From Chiloscyllium plagiosum (Eukaryota), in contig NC_057749.1 of assembly GCF_004010195.1 (NCBI RefSeq), positions 25,273,248 through 25,323,277 on the forward strand: a DNA stretch of 50,030 nucleotides, in the 5' to 3' direction. Shown here piece by piece: positions 22,789 through 35,120 of the stretch. Position numbers and translations under genes: made by a program. Position 1 is the stretch's first letter, and each line of letters starts with the position of its first letter. The notes below the pieces were generated by a model, which saw only the letters and a program-made list of their open reading frames with translations, made no database searches and was not told the DNA's origin.

Positions 22789-24122
22789 ACTTGAGGGAAG
22801 GCAGGTTTGGAAGATTGGTTGGCAGTTCCCGCTCTTCCTGCTTCCTTTTCCATCATAGCCAATATTCACCTTTACAAATGAATGGATTCCTCACAGGAAG
22901 GAAGGTGGGACACTGTTAAAACACCAGGATCACCAGCTCTGATGATCCCAGAGCTCCAACATCAAAACACTTGCTTAAATTAAGCTCATGCTCAATGGGC
23001 ACTTTGTAAAAAATTGGTATAAGATATGGGGGTGAGCTGGATGCAAAATTAAGTTTCCACTTTTCACAAGATTGTTGGACAGGAGAGTTGAAGAGACCCA
23101 CGATTGTCTGTTTAATCTCATCAGATTAGTGTCAACAATCCAGTCTTATAGCCAACAGCCATTCATTGCGGACAAATTCAGCTTTAGCCTCAATAATGAG
23201 CGAATCAATCATTTGCTGTCAGGAAGCAGGAGACCGAGAAGCACCAGGGGATTCCTGAACACCAGCAAACCGCATTCATATAGCGCCTTTAAAAGCATCA
23301 GGCGAGACAAAACACAACAAACATCAGTAATTTGACACTGAGCACATGTAAATCTAGGTCAGAGGGGAAGGGTACACTTCTTAGGAGCCTCAGCAAAGCA
23401 GGAGATGCAGAGGTTACAAATAATCGGGAATGGGGGCAGTAATTTGGTGGCATTGATGTAAGTCCATCTTTATTTGGAGGCTTGAATGTAGTTTGGCACA
23501 TCAGAATAAAAATGAATCAATTAACTGTGTGAAATGCTTTATGAATATGAGATTTACCCCAATTAGTAATGATTAAACAGATTGATGGTAAATAGTCATG
23601 TGTGGCACTCTTTTGAAGTGAACGAGCAAGTTATGTCTCCAAGCTATTGTTTACAGAGGAAATGCAAATTAATGAAGATAAATAGATTGAGCTCAGTACA
23701 AAGGCAGTTTAAGGATTGGAAAACAAATCAAGTAAGCTGAGTGGGTGGATTCTTATAAAGAACAGCAACTGTCCTTCCTGCTTTTGAAAATGGCTCTCAT
23801 CTGTGCTGCTTTCTAGTCATTTGCATGATGTTTTTTAAGCTTAAGTTTTAAGAAATACAAGCAGGAGTAGTTATTTTCACCATCAAGCTGACTCCACCCT
23901 TCCATGAGATCATTGGTGATCTGACTGTAGCCTGACTGAAACTTCTGTTTCTCTCGGAAATCAGAAATCTGTCTAACTCAGCCTAGGACATATTCCATGA
24001 CCCAGCCACCACTGTCCTCCAATAAATATTTTGGAATTCCATGAAGAGGGAACAAGTAGAATAGATACAAGAGAACCAGTCGATGAAGTATATTTGGATT
24101 TCGAAATGGCAGCTGCACTACT

Positions 24123-24430
24123 GGGGGAGGTGATGGCCCAGCGGCATTATTACTAAGCAGTTAACCCAGATAATGTTCTCGGGACACATGTTCGAATCCT
24201 CTAGTGGAATTTGTATTCGATAAATATCTGGATTGAAGAGTCTAATGATGTCCATGAATCCATTGTTGGAAAGGTCCATCTGGTTCACTAATGTCCTTAC
24301 CTGGTCTGGCCTACATGTGACTCCAGACCCACAGCAATGTGTTTGACTCTTAACTGCCCTCTGGGGCAATTAGAGATGGGCAATAAATGCTGACCTGGGC
24401 AGTGGCGCCCTCATCCCATGAATGAATAAA
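24123..24430 (+). mobile_element. tRNA-head SINE, family B (aatgaataaa tail)
   Basis: tgatggcccagcgg head, gttcgaatcc B box; further copies at 35385, 37998 and 48280. Confidence 0.8.
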
Positions 24431-24564
24431 CACAAACATAAGGTTACTTAATAAGATAAGGGGCTGTGGTGTTGGGAGCAATATATTAGCGTGTTTATAG
24501 AGGATTGGATAACTAATAAAATACAGGGAGATAGGATAAAGAAGGCATTTTCAAGCAACCTGAA

Positions 24565-26155
24565 ATTTGATTTATTATTGTCACATGTACTTAGGTACAG
24601 TGAAATGATTTGTATTGTGTGCAGTACAGGCAGATCATACCATACAAAACTAATGGGGTGATAGAACAGAGCGAGGAGTGGAATGTTACACTTGCAGAGA
24701 GTGAGATCAACATTAGATTTAAAATTTGAGAGGTGTAGGTTGCCTGATTAGCAAGTTTGCAGATGACACTAAGATTGGTGGAGTAGCAGATAGTGAAGGG
24801 GACTGTCAGAGAATGCTGCAGAGTATAGATAGATTGGAGAGTTGGGCAGAGAAATGGCAGATGGAGTTCAATCCGGCCAAATGCGAGGTGATGCATTTTG
24901 GAAGATGCAACTCCAGAGTGAACTATATAGTAAATGGAAAAGTCCTGGGGAAAATTGATGTACAGAGAGATCTGAGTGTTCAGGTCCATTGTTCCCTGTA
25001 GATGGCAATGCCGGTCAGTAGTGTGGTCAAGAAGGCGTAAAGCATGCTTTCCTTCATTGGACGGGGTATTGAGTACAAGAGTTGGCAGGTCATGTTACAG
25101 TTGTATAAGACTTTGGTTCAGCCACATTTGGAATAGTGCGCACAGTCCTGGTCACCAAATTACCAAAAGGATGTGGATGTTTTGGAGAGGGTGCCTAGTA
25201 TGGAGGGTGCTAGCTATGAGGAGAGGTTGAGTAGATTAGGATTATTTTCATTGGAAAGAAGGCAGTTGAGGGGGAGGACCTGATTGAGGCCTACAAAATC
25301 ATGTGAGGAGTAGACAGGCAGGACAACAAGAAGCTTTTTCCAGAGCGGAGGACTCAATTACTGGGGGTCACGAGTTCAAAGTGTGAGGGGAAAAGTTTAA
25401 GGGAGATATGCGTGGAAGGTTCATGAAGCAGAGGGTGGTGATTGCCTAGAACACGTTGCCAGCGGAGGTAGTAGAGTTGGGAACGATAGCATCATTTAAG
25501 ATGTAGTTAGACAGATACATGAATGGGCAGGGAGCAAAGGCATACAGATCCTTAGAAAATAGGCAGCAAGTTTAGATATAAGATCTGGATTGGCACAGGC
25601 TTGGAGGGCCGTTAGGCCTGTTCCTGTACTGTAATTTTCTTTGTTGTTTATTCTAGGTCCCTTCTGGAGTCTAATAATAGCAGGGAAGAAGCTGTTCTTG
25701 AACCATTTGTACACGTGTTTAAGCTTTTGCATCTTCTGCCCGATGGAAGAGGTTGGGAGAGATTATAACCGGAGTGAGAGGAGTCTTGGATGGTGTTGGC
25801 TGCCTTCCTGAGGCAGTGAGAAGTGTCGATGGAGTCAGTGGATGGAAGATTGGCTTGTGTGATTGATTGGGCTGTGTTCACAACTCTCTCCAGTTTTTTT
25901 ATAGTCTTGGACAGAGCAGTTGCCATACCAAGCTGTGATGCATCTGGACAGAATGCTTTCCATGGTGCATTTATTAAAATTGTTAAGAGTCATTGTGGAC
26001 CTGATGAATTTCCTTAGCCTCCTGAAGAAGTAGAGGCATTGTTATGCTTTCTTGACCATCGCATCAATGTGGGGTGGTCCAGGACAGAATGTTGGGGATC
26101 GTCACTCCTAGAAACTTGACATGTTCGACCATCTCCACCACCTCAGCTCCACTGG
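24565..26155 (-). mobile_element. Rex/Babar-type LINE 3' part interrupted by a CR1
   Basis: KLERVVNTAQSITQANLPS...PLPSGRRCKSL; FKNSFFPAIIRL; UTR resumes at 24565-24732. Confidence 0.85.
24733..25655 (+). mobile_element. CR1-type LINE 3' part
   Basis: ISKFADDTKIGG...WAEKWQMEFNPAKCEVMHFG. Confidence 0.95.
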
Positions 26156-26512
26156 TCGAGCTATCAGAACTAAGGAGACACGTATTTACAATATATATGT
26201 TAATTACTGGGATGAGACAAGCGAGTGTCCTCTAGCCAAGTTTGCAGATGATAAAAACCTCGATGGGAGGTGAAGATGATACAAGTTTACACAAGGATCA
26301 ATGATTAGGTAGAAACGGACGATAAAATATAATGTGGGAAAATGTGAGTTTCTGCACTTTGTGTTGAAGAGTGGAGGCAGTGAATACTGTTCAGATGGAG
26401 AGAAACTGGAGCAGAGAGGGATTTGGGAGTCCTTGTACCTGAATTATGAAAGGTTACCATCCACATTCATACGGAAGGTGAAAGGAATATTTGATGAGCC
26501 CAATGGCATTTT

Positions 26513-26800
26513 TAGATTAGATTACCTGCAGTGTGGAAACAGGCCAGTCGGCCCAACAAGTCCACACCGACCCGTCAAAACTCAACCCTACACCTAACAC
26601 TACGGGCAATTTAGTATGGCCAATTCACCTGACCTGCACATCTTTGGACTGTGGGAGGAAACCGGAGCACCCGGAGGAAACCCACGCAGACACGGGGAGA
26701 ACATGCAAACTCCACACAGTCAGTCGCCTGAGGCGGGAATTGAACCTGGGTCTCTGGTGCTGTGAGGCAGCAGTGCTAGCCACTGTGCCACTGTGCCGCC
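26513..26800 (-). mobile_element. HE1-type SINE
   Basis: Full head and tail. Confidence 0.95.
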
Positions 26801-28084
26801 ATTTTTCTTCAAAAGAATTACAAAGACTAATGATCCTCAGAAAGAAATAAACCATCCTCATCTCTGTGTAACTGGGCCACACCCTGACCTCAGTTCCGGA
26901 CACCCATGGTCTCCCGAATTGCGCCAGATCCCATTCACTGGTCACCCACTGCAATGGCTGAGCTGCCTTTCACCTGTTGTGGCTGCTCCTCTGTTCCAAA
27001 ACTCACATCACAGTCTCCTGGTCCCTCGATGGCACAATCTGTCAATATTCCTGTGACGTCCCCAGCACCCACCCCACTCCCCACTCCCCAACACCCCACC
27101 CCCCCCAGCTTCGCAGTCACTGCACTCCTCCCGTTCTCCCACTTCCCGAACACTTTCACCCTGCCTCTGTTACAGCGAGGGCAATGGCCAATCCCATCAA
27201 GCACCAGCAATGGGCTTAAAATGCTTCATATTTACTGCGCCCTTTGGAAACATCTTCCGTGGAAATGATTTGTAACCATTAGGCACCAGCTCAGTGCCAG
27301 AATCAAGCGATGACGCATTTGAAAGCAAGTTAATTTGAAACAGGGAGATGTTTCTGATCTTTAAAATGGGAGTACTCACTGTTTATCTTAGCAATATATA
27401 GACTGAGATTTGAACTGATAGACATTTATAAAACAATGAAATTGTCCTATTAGGTGTGGACGGGGGAATCATTACAGTCTGATAGATTGGGGTTGAGGGG
27501 GAGTGTAGTTGAGGTTTGCCCTCAAACCATCCAAAATTAAGAAACACTGCCCACTGAATGGACAGTGGGTGCTTTTCTAGACAGTAATGAGCCTCTGGAA
27601 TATAGATCCAGCTGATGTGGTAGCTACTGAAACTCTGCAGCTCCATGTAACCACTTGACCTGGTGTCCATCACCTTATCTCCTCACCCCTCCCATCAGGC
27701 TCTTTTGCTCTCTGAGGAGATGAGACGCTTCTGGGGGTTATCTAGTAGATTCCTGTCATGACTCTCCACCCATCAAGCAACAGCTGCTTTTCTTCCAGCT
27801 GGATATGCTCATTATTTTTGTTTGCCTCAGTCAGTGACGGAAGACCCAGATTTACTTTTTGAATTCATGTGCAGGATGTAGGTGTTGCTGGCTGGGCCAG
27901 TTTTATTGGCTATCCCTCATTATGCTGACGAACATGGGGGTGACCACCATCTTGAACTATTGGACTGTACGATATTGCCTTAACAACATCACCCACAATG
28001 GCACAGAATGCTAATGGTCCACAAGAAACTCTCTGTCTTGGTTCACCCAAGCCTATTAATATTCTTCCCAATCTGTTTAAGTCC

Positions 28085-28445
28085 ATAAGACATGGGAATG
28101 GAGCTAAGTATATTCGTCCCATCAAGTCCACTCCGCCATTCAACCATGGCTGATGGGGCATTTCAACGCCACTAACCCGCACTCCCCCCGTAGCCATTAA
28201 TTCCTTGCGAGATCAAGAATTTGTCAATCTCTACTTTGAAGACATTTAACATCCCGGCCTCCACTGCACTCCATGGCAATGAATTCCACAGGCCCACCAC
28301 TCTCTCTGGCTGAAGAAATGCCTCCTCATTTCCGTTCTAAATTGACCCCTTCTAAATCTAAGGCTGTGCCCACGGATCCTAGTATCCCCTCCTCGTGGAA
28401 ACAAATTCCCAGTGTCCACCCTTTCTAAGCCATGCATTATCTTGT
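28085..28445 (-). mobile_element. CR1-type LINE 3' end (different subfamily)
   Basis: YKIMHGLERVDTGNLFP..TRIRGHSLR..FRTEMRRHFFSQR. Confidence 0.9.
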
Positions 28446-28727
28446 AGTTCAACTTTTAACTTTAGCTTCAACCTATGGCTATATCAATGCCTTAGGGCTT
28501 GGTGGCAACCTGTTATCAGATGGTACATCAGGAAATTGGAGTTTGCACATTCTCCCCATGTCTGTGTGGGTTTCCTTTGGGTGCTCTGGTTTCCTCCCAC
28601 AGCGACAGGGTTAGGTTGGAGAAGCTGGGGTTCTCCTTGAAGATTAAAGTGATACTTATTCAAGAAGGACAACATTAAGACAGGCTTAGACAACGTTTTT
28701 AAAGACATTTGGACAGGGTACATGGAT

Positions 28728-28940
28728 AGAGTCAAAAAGTGTGGCACTGGAAAGGCAGAGCAGGCCAGGCAGCATCCGAAGAGCAGGAGAGTCGACGTTT
28801 TGAGCATAAGCTCTTTATCGGGAATGTCATGCTCAAAACGTCGACTCTCCTGCTCCTCGGATGCTGCCTGGCCGGCTGTGCTTTTCCAGCACCACAATTT
28901 TTGACTCTGATGTCTAGCATTTGCAATCCTCTCTTTCTCC
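28728..28940 (+). mobile_element. PLE fold-back element (family B) inserted in a CR1 3' end (28695-29082)
   Basis: About 80-bp inverted arms agagtcaaaaa...tgagcat / atgctca...tttttgactct plus tail; hammerhead core mutated. Confidence 0.85.
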
Positions 28941-29933
28941 CAGCGCACATGGACAGGAAAGATTTAGAGGGATATGAGTTAAACACAGGTAAATGTGACT
29001 GGTTTAGCTTAGGAAACTTGGATGTTATGGATGAGTTGGGCTGAAGGGTCTGTTTCCATGCTGTACGGCCCTATGACTCTACAAAGCAGACCAAGGTGTT
29101 CCACTCAGGTGATGAAAGAAGGATCGTCAAGGAACTGATTTAAGCTTCTGGAATTGAGATGCAGAGTTGGGGATGGATTGTGAGGAATTTTGAGTGCTAA
29201 CATTTTTGAAAAGTGCCTTAGAAGCTTTTACAATCAAAAGAGCTATGTACAGGCAAACATGATTAACCAAGGGAGAGCAGATTTTGCAGCAGCTTCACAA
29301 ATTGACCAAATTTTCATGTTTTTACTTTCAAAGTATTGTGCTCTGTGGCATTCAGATATGATGTCTCTGTACACAAACTAGTTCAAGGCATTAAGGACGG
29401 GAGACCTTAAAGACTGATAAATGGCAGAGACCAATAGATGTGTGGGTGGTGACTTCGTTTCGAGAAGTTTATCATTCCAAATGACTTACAAGTATCACCT
29501 GAAGCAACAAGATTGGATTAGTTGAAACCACTCTTGTATTTTTAAAATGATAAAATATATGGTTTTAATTTCCTATTGGGATTTTATTTGGTTGGGGGTC
29601 TGTTTTGTGCTTGTAGCAGCAGTTCAGTGTGTCTGCCAAGTGTCAGCATGTTCTCAATGTCTGATCTTAGACAGACAATTGACATCAGATGATTAATGAC
29701 TGTGTCTTATTATCAAAGAGTAGTCTGTGCTTGAGTCCTTGGAGATTTTCGGTGTTTCTGAGTTATTGTGTCGACTTAAAACAGGCAGGTTTCTTGGAAT
29801 TACTGAATAGCTCAGTAGGTTTAGGAGTCTTTCAGGAACCTATGAAGGTGATTGTTGTGAACTGGAGACAAAGCTGAAACTGCTCTCAAACTTTGTTTTT
29901 ACATTTTAAATGAGACATTTCTGTTACTCAAGG

Positions 29934-30210
29934 CATAGTGTCATACAGTCATACAGCACAGAAACATACAGTCATACAATCATACCGCACAGAAACATAC
30001 AGTCATACAGTCATACAGCACAGAAACATAGTCATACAGTCATACAGCACAGAAACATACAGTCATACAATCATACAGCACAGAAACATACAGTCATACA
30101 ATCATACAGCACAGAAACATAGTCATACAGTCATACAGCACAGAAACATACAGTCATACAATCATACAGCACAGAAACATACAGTCATACAGCCATACAG
30201 CACAGAAACA
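29934..30210 (-). repeat. Nine tandem ~29-31-bp copies of a CR1 3' terminus
   Basis: cagcacagaaacata(c)agtcataca(g/a)tcata repeated; last unit runs directly into the CR1 3' UTR. Confidence 0.9.
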
Positions 30211-31328
30211 GACCCTTCGGTCCAACCAGTCCATGCCGAACATAATCCCAAAATAAAATGATCCTACCTACCTGCACTTGGCCCATATTCCCCCCAAACC
30301 TTTCTTATTCATGTACTTATCTAAATGTCTTTTAAATGTTGTAACTGTGCTTGTACCCACAACTTCCTCAGTAAATAGAGTGAATAGCTAAGGCCTTTTT
30401 CCCAGGGTGGGGGAGTCCAAAACTAGAGGCCATAGGTTTAGAGTGAGAGGGAATGATTTAAAAGGAACCTAAGGGGTAACTTTTTCACACAGACGATGGT
30501 GCGTGTATGGAATGATCTGCCAGAGGATGTGGTGGAGGCTGGTACAATTACAAAAGTTAAAAGGCATCTGGATGGGTATATGAATAGGAAGGGTTTAGAG
30601 GGATGTGGGCAAAATGCTGGCAAATGGGACTAGATTAATTCAGCATATTTGGTTGGCATGGACGAGTTGGACGAAGGGTCTGTTTCCGTGCTGTACTCTA
30701 TGACTCTAATACTCTAACCACTCCACTATAAATTCATTTCACACACAAACTGCCCTCTATGCAAATAAAATTCCCCTTATATCGTTTTTATGTCTTCTTC
30801 CTTTCATCTTAAAGATACACCCCTAGTCTTGAAATCTCCCACCCTAGGGAAAAGAAAGCTGCCATTCAAGTTATTCATACCCCTCACAATTTTATAAATC
30901 TCAATAAGGTCACCTCTCCTATACTCCAGTGAAAAACGTCCCAGGCTATCCAGCCTCTACTTAAAACTCAAACCCTAAATTCCCAGCAACATCCTGGTAA
31001 ATCTCTTCTGAAACCTCTCCACCTTAATAATATCCTTCCTACAACAGGACGACCAGAACTGGACACATTATTCCAGAAGAAACCTCATCAATGTCCAGTA
31101 CAACCTCAACATGATGTCCCAACTCCTACACTCAAAGGACTGAGCAGTGAAGGCAAGTGTTCTCAACGCCTTCTTAACCATCCTGTGTGATGCAAACTTC
31201 AAAGAATTGTATACTTGAACCTGTTCTACAACACTTCTCAAAGTCATACTTTTAATTGTATAAGTCCCGCCCTTGTTTGTTTTACCAAAATGTAACACCT
31301 CGCATTTATCCAAATTAAACTCCATCTG

Positions 31329-31598
31329 CCACTCTTCAGCCCATTGATCCAATTGATCAAAATCTCTTTGTAATCTTAGATAGCCTTCTTCACCGTCCAT
31401 TATACCACCAATCTTGGTATCAAGTTAAAAATCAGACAACACCAGGTTATAGTCCAACAGGTTCCACTCTTCAGCCCATTGATCCAATTGATCAAAATCT
31501 CTTTGTAATCTTAGATAGCCTTCTTCACCGTCCATTATACCACCAATCTTGGCATCAAATTAAAAATCAGACAACACCAGGTTATAGTCCAACAGGTT
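31329..31598 (+). repeat. 135-bp tandem duplication spanning a CR1/PLE junction
   Basis: 31329-31463 and 31464-31598 differ at about 2 positions. Confidence 0.95.
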
Positions 31599-31770
31599 TA
31601 ATTGGAAGCACTAGTTTTCGGAGCGACGCTCCTTCATCAGGCACAATCAGCTGATGAAGGAGCGGCGCTCAGAAAGCTAGTTCTTTCAATTAAACCTGTT
31701 CGACAATAACCTGGTGTTGTCTGATTTTTAACTTTGTCCACCCCAGTCCAATACCGGCTCCTCCACATCA
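31558..31770 (+). mobile_element. PLE fold-back element (family A)
   Basis: Inverted arms; ctgatgaaggagc..gctc.gaaa on both strands; TSD-like atcttgg(t/c)atca. Confidence 0.85.
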
Positions 31771-31844
31771 ATCTTGGTATCATCCACAACCTCACTAACT
31801 ATCCCTTCTATATTCTCACCTGTAAATCACTGACAAACAAAAGT

Positions 31845-32150
31845 AGACCTTGCATCGATATGCACTTTGGGGTCTCCCAATGTATCAACAGACAATGACC
31901 TCATCTTTTTTGGAAGGGAGGTCACTGTTGTGATTTTGGAATCACAGCTTCCGATTTGTGTACTGACAGCTCCCACAAATTGCGATATTACTGGATAATC
32001 GCTTTTCGATATTGGAAGAGAGATTAATATTGACCAGGAGGGTAGTGAAATAAGTTTACCTATTTTTCTTTGTAACAGTACCAGGCAATCTTTTAGCACC
32101 TGCAATCTGTAACTATACAGGACATTGGCAAAATATCCCATCTGAAGATA
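31845..32150 (-). mobile_element. Ancient Deu-domain SINE relic
   Basis: gtcactgttg...agctcccacaaa...gataatc...aatattgaccagga; collinear with the 16735 copy. Confidence 0.55.
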
Positions 32151-32415
32151 GCATTCAAGTTAGGATTGAACGGATATAAATAAAGTTCTTGAACGAATTA
32201 AAAGATTCGCTTTCATTCTGATGGAATGGACACCTGGGGAAAGTGATGGCCTAATGGTATTATCACTGAACTATTATCACCCTTCATATGTTAAGGGTGT
32301 TGTCTTTTTAACTGCTCTAGACTGAGGTAGCTTCTGTTGTGGTGATTTCTTGTCCTTTTGCTAATATAGCTATCTTACAGATGGTCTAACTTACTATGGC
32401 TTTGTCCTTAATATA

Positions 32416-32725
32416 TTAGATTCCCTACAGTGTGGAAACAGACCCTTCGGCCCAACAAGTCCACACTGACCCTGCGATGAGCAACTCACCCAGATTCATT
32501 CCCCTACATTTACCCGTGACTAATGCACCTAACACTATGGGCAATTTAGCGTGGCCAATTCACCTGACCTGCACATTTTTGGAGTGTGGGAGGAAACCGG
32601 AGCACCCGGAGGAAACCCACGCAGATACGGGGAGAATGTGCAAACTCCACACAGACAGTTGCCTGAGGTGGGAATTGAACCCGGCTCCCTGGCACTGAGG
32701 CAACAGTGCTAATCACTGTGCCACT
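32416..32725 (-). mobile_element. HE1-type SINE
   Basis: Core and tail. Confidence 0.95.
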
Positions 32726-32954
32726 CCTATATGTCTATATTTATTGGGGTTGTTTATCATATTCTTCTTTGTATTTTTGGGGGGTGGTATATGCCATGGG
32801 GAGGGTGTTCGAGAGTTTGTTTACAGTTGTTTATCCCTTGTGATTGCACCTTGTCCTGCTGTCATTTTTTGGAGAAAAATCAATAAATTTTTTTTAAAAA
32901 CTAATGTTCCAGAGTTATCTAGATTCAGGTATCATGCCAAAACTTTTGGAAAAT

Positions 32955-33135
32955 GGCAGGTTAGGTGAATTGGCCATGCTAAATTGTCCATCGTGTTCAG
33001 GGATGTGTAGGTTCGGGGCATTAGTCAGGGGTAAATATAGAGTAATGAGTAATGGGTTTGGGTGGGAGACTCTTTGGAGGGTTGGTATGGACTTATTGGG
33101 CCGAAGGGCCTGTTTCCACACTGTAGTGATTCTAA
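32955..33135 (+). mobile_element. 5'-truncated HE1-type SINE
   Basis: ggtgaattggccatgctaaattg...gggccgaagggcctgtttccacactgta. Confidence 0.85.
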
Positions 33136-33262
33136 AAAAAGGGCAAATAGAATTGGAGATTATTCCAAAGTTCTGGTTGGAATTTGCTTGGGAAGTCAGA
33201 GACAAGTGCCCTGTTAAAGGGGACACATTTTGGTTGGTGAGATGATCATAGTCTGAAGACTA

Positions 33263-33640
33263 TGGGTGGCACGGTGGCTCAGTGATGAGCACTGCTGCCT
33301 CACAGCGCCAGGGACCTGGGCTTGATTCCAGCCTCAGGTGACTGTCTGTGTGGAGTTTGCACATTCTCCCAGTGTCTGTGTGGGTGTGGAGTTTGCATAT
33401 TCTCCCAGTGTCTGAGTGGGTTTCCTCCGGGTGCTCCGGTTTCCTCCCACAATGCAAAGATGTGTAGGTCAGGTGAGTTGGTCATGCTAAATTTCCCATA
33501 GTGTTCAGGCATGTGTAGCTTAGGTGCATTAGTCAGGGGCAAATATAGGGTAGGGGGAATAGGTCTGGGTGGGTTTCTCTTCAGAGGGTTGGTGTGGGCT
33601 TGGGCTGAAGGGCCTGTTTCCATACTATAGGGATCTTATT
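33263..33640 (+). mobile_element. HE1-type SINE with ~37-bp internal duplication
   Basis: gtgtggagtttgca.attctccc.agtgtctg occurs twice at 33348-33420. Confidence 0.9.
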
Positions 33641-33649
33641 CTATGATTA

Positions 33650-34095
33650 GTGCAGGGCATCAGGTTTTCATAATATACATGAACAACTTTGAAGAAAGAA
33701 CATTTGCAGGCTGCACTAAGCTGGGAAGCATAAAAACTTGGGCAGCTGGGAGCACCAAGTTACAAAATGAGTGGAGAGACCCAGTGAGTGTAGCAGAGTT
33801 CCATTTGGAAAAGTGTGATTTCATCTATTTTAGATTTACGAAAGATTTCTTATTGGTGAGAGACTAGTAGCTGTGAAGTTGCAAAGGGATTTAAGTGTTC
33901 ATGTACTCAAAGCCAGTGTGCTCACAGAAAAAATACAATTTTTAGCAGCTAATGGAACATTGGCCATTTTCTCAAGGGATTTGGAATGCAGTTTTGAGGA
34001 AGTGAAACGTCAATCTGATATAGAGTACCCCCCCATCTAGAGTACTGCGCTCCTCGGTTTTTAAATCTTGGGAAAGGGTTTGAAGGTTGGGATCA
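33650..34095 (+). mobile_element. Very old CR1-type RT relic
   Basis: FIIYMNN, FAGCTKLG, EFHLEKCDFIYF resemble degenerate CR1 RT motifs. Confidence 0.55.
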
Positions 34096-34173
34096 TGGTG
34101 TCACCTTAATTAGCCTCCGTTGGTACAAACTCTGTGGACGACACCCCTCCCAACTTAAACCGTCTGGAGGGAA

Positions 34174-34346
34174 TGAAAACGGAAATTGCTGGAAAAGCTC
34201 AGCAGGTCTGGCAGCAACTTCAGAACGGTTCTGAAGAAGGGTGACTGGACCCTTAATTTCAACTGTGCTTTCTCTGCACAGATGCTGCCAGGCCTGCTGA
34301 GTTTTGCCAGAACTTTCCGTCTTTCTGATTTCTTTTGGTTTTCTGA
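34174..34346 (+). mobile_element. PLE fold-back element (family C) with 10-bp TSD
   Basis: TSD ctggagggaa (34164-34173, 34347-34356); arms ctcagcaggtctggcagca / tgctgccaggcctgctgag; ctgaagaagggt..ctggaccc. Confidence 0.8.
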
Positions 34347-34669
34347 CTGGAGGGAAGCTGGTGCGATTGGGAATACTGTTGTAGTCAACCTTTCTCAATG
34401 TTTAGTAGAAGGTCTTTGAGCTAGCTATCAAATAGATGTCAGACCCAAATTATTTGCATTTTGCACACACCTGATTAGTTAAAACTCATCTGCTTTGAAC
34501 CCAACACAAGAGTGTTACTGTTCAGCCAGGGCTAAATGTTTCTCTGCAATTTTGAACAAATTCATCTTCGCAAAAAAATCCTGAAGATAGAAATTATAAC
34601 CAAATCAAAGCTTCCTTCCACATTTCAGAGGTGTTTAGCCTCCCAACAAGCTCTCCTTAAAACAGAATT

Positions 34670-34945
34670 GAAAGTTGACCTTTGATCCAGAAATAAATCG
34701 GTTTTTTTTGGTCTCTGTCAGCCAAACTCTTTCTCTCTGCAGCGCTGAGATGCATTTCTACTTTTGACACTCAAGTGACAGGAAACATCACCGTGAACTT
34801 TCACCCCACGCAGACAGAACCCAGCAGCCGCATCCTTTTATCTGACATTTTCAAACTGCATCGGAGGTCCCTGTGAACTTTGACATTTAGCATCAAAGAC
34901 TCCTGACGGTGATTGATGGCTTTCACTTCAAAAGATGACAGACCC
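34670..34945. promoter_or_regulatory. Candidate developmental enhancer
   Basis: TGATTGATGG 34910-34919, three TGACAG/CTGTCA, ATCAAAG 34892, two DR1-like sites (34676, 34874); motif evidence only. Confidence 0.35.
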
Positions 34946-34952
34946 AGCTCTG

Positions 34953-35120
34953 AGTGTGTGTGTGTCTGTGTGTGTGGGTGTGTGTCTGTGTGTGGATGTG
35001 TGTCTGTGTGTGTGTGTCTGTGTGTGTATGTGTGTGTATGTGTCTGTGAGTGTGTGTATATGTGTGTCTGTGTGTCTGTGTGTGTGTGTCTGTGTCTGCG
35101 TTTGTGTGTGTGTGTGAGTG
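34953..35120. repeat. Imperfect (GT)n microsatellite
   Basis: Direct. Confidence 0.95.

Larger units (their letters stand above)
24030..26500 (+). mobile_element. Old CR1-type LINE fragmented by nested SINE, Rex/Babar and CR1 insertions
   Basis: VYLDF-like at ~24090; AKFADD at ~26235; GKCEFLHF at 26337. Confidence 0.65.
30190..31825 (-). mobile_element. CR1-type LINE interrupted by a plus-strand CR1 3' end (30375-30715) and a PLE fold-back
   Basis: LQRDFDQLDQWAEEWQMEFNLDKCEVLHFG on minus strand. Confidence 0.9.

Noticed and set aside
27060..27110. C-run tracts with G-quadruplex potential (also 47675-47710)
   Set aside because: Low-complexity sequence with no supporting context.
28791..28825. 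Hammerhead in the 28728 fold-back element
   Set aside because: Core is mutated (CCGAUAA, and AAAA in place of GAAA), so it is not called as a ribozyme.
32280..32900. T-rich segment ending in AATAAA and an A-rich run, as a gene 3' end or retrocopy
   Set aside because: No ORF and no clear TSD; more likely an L1/Tx1-type 3' UTR, which I cannot confirm.
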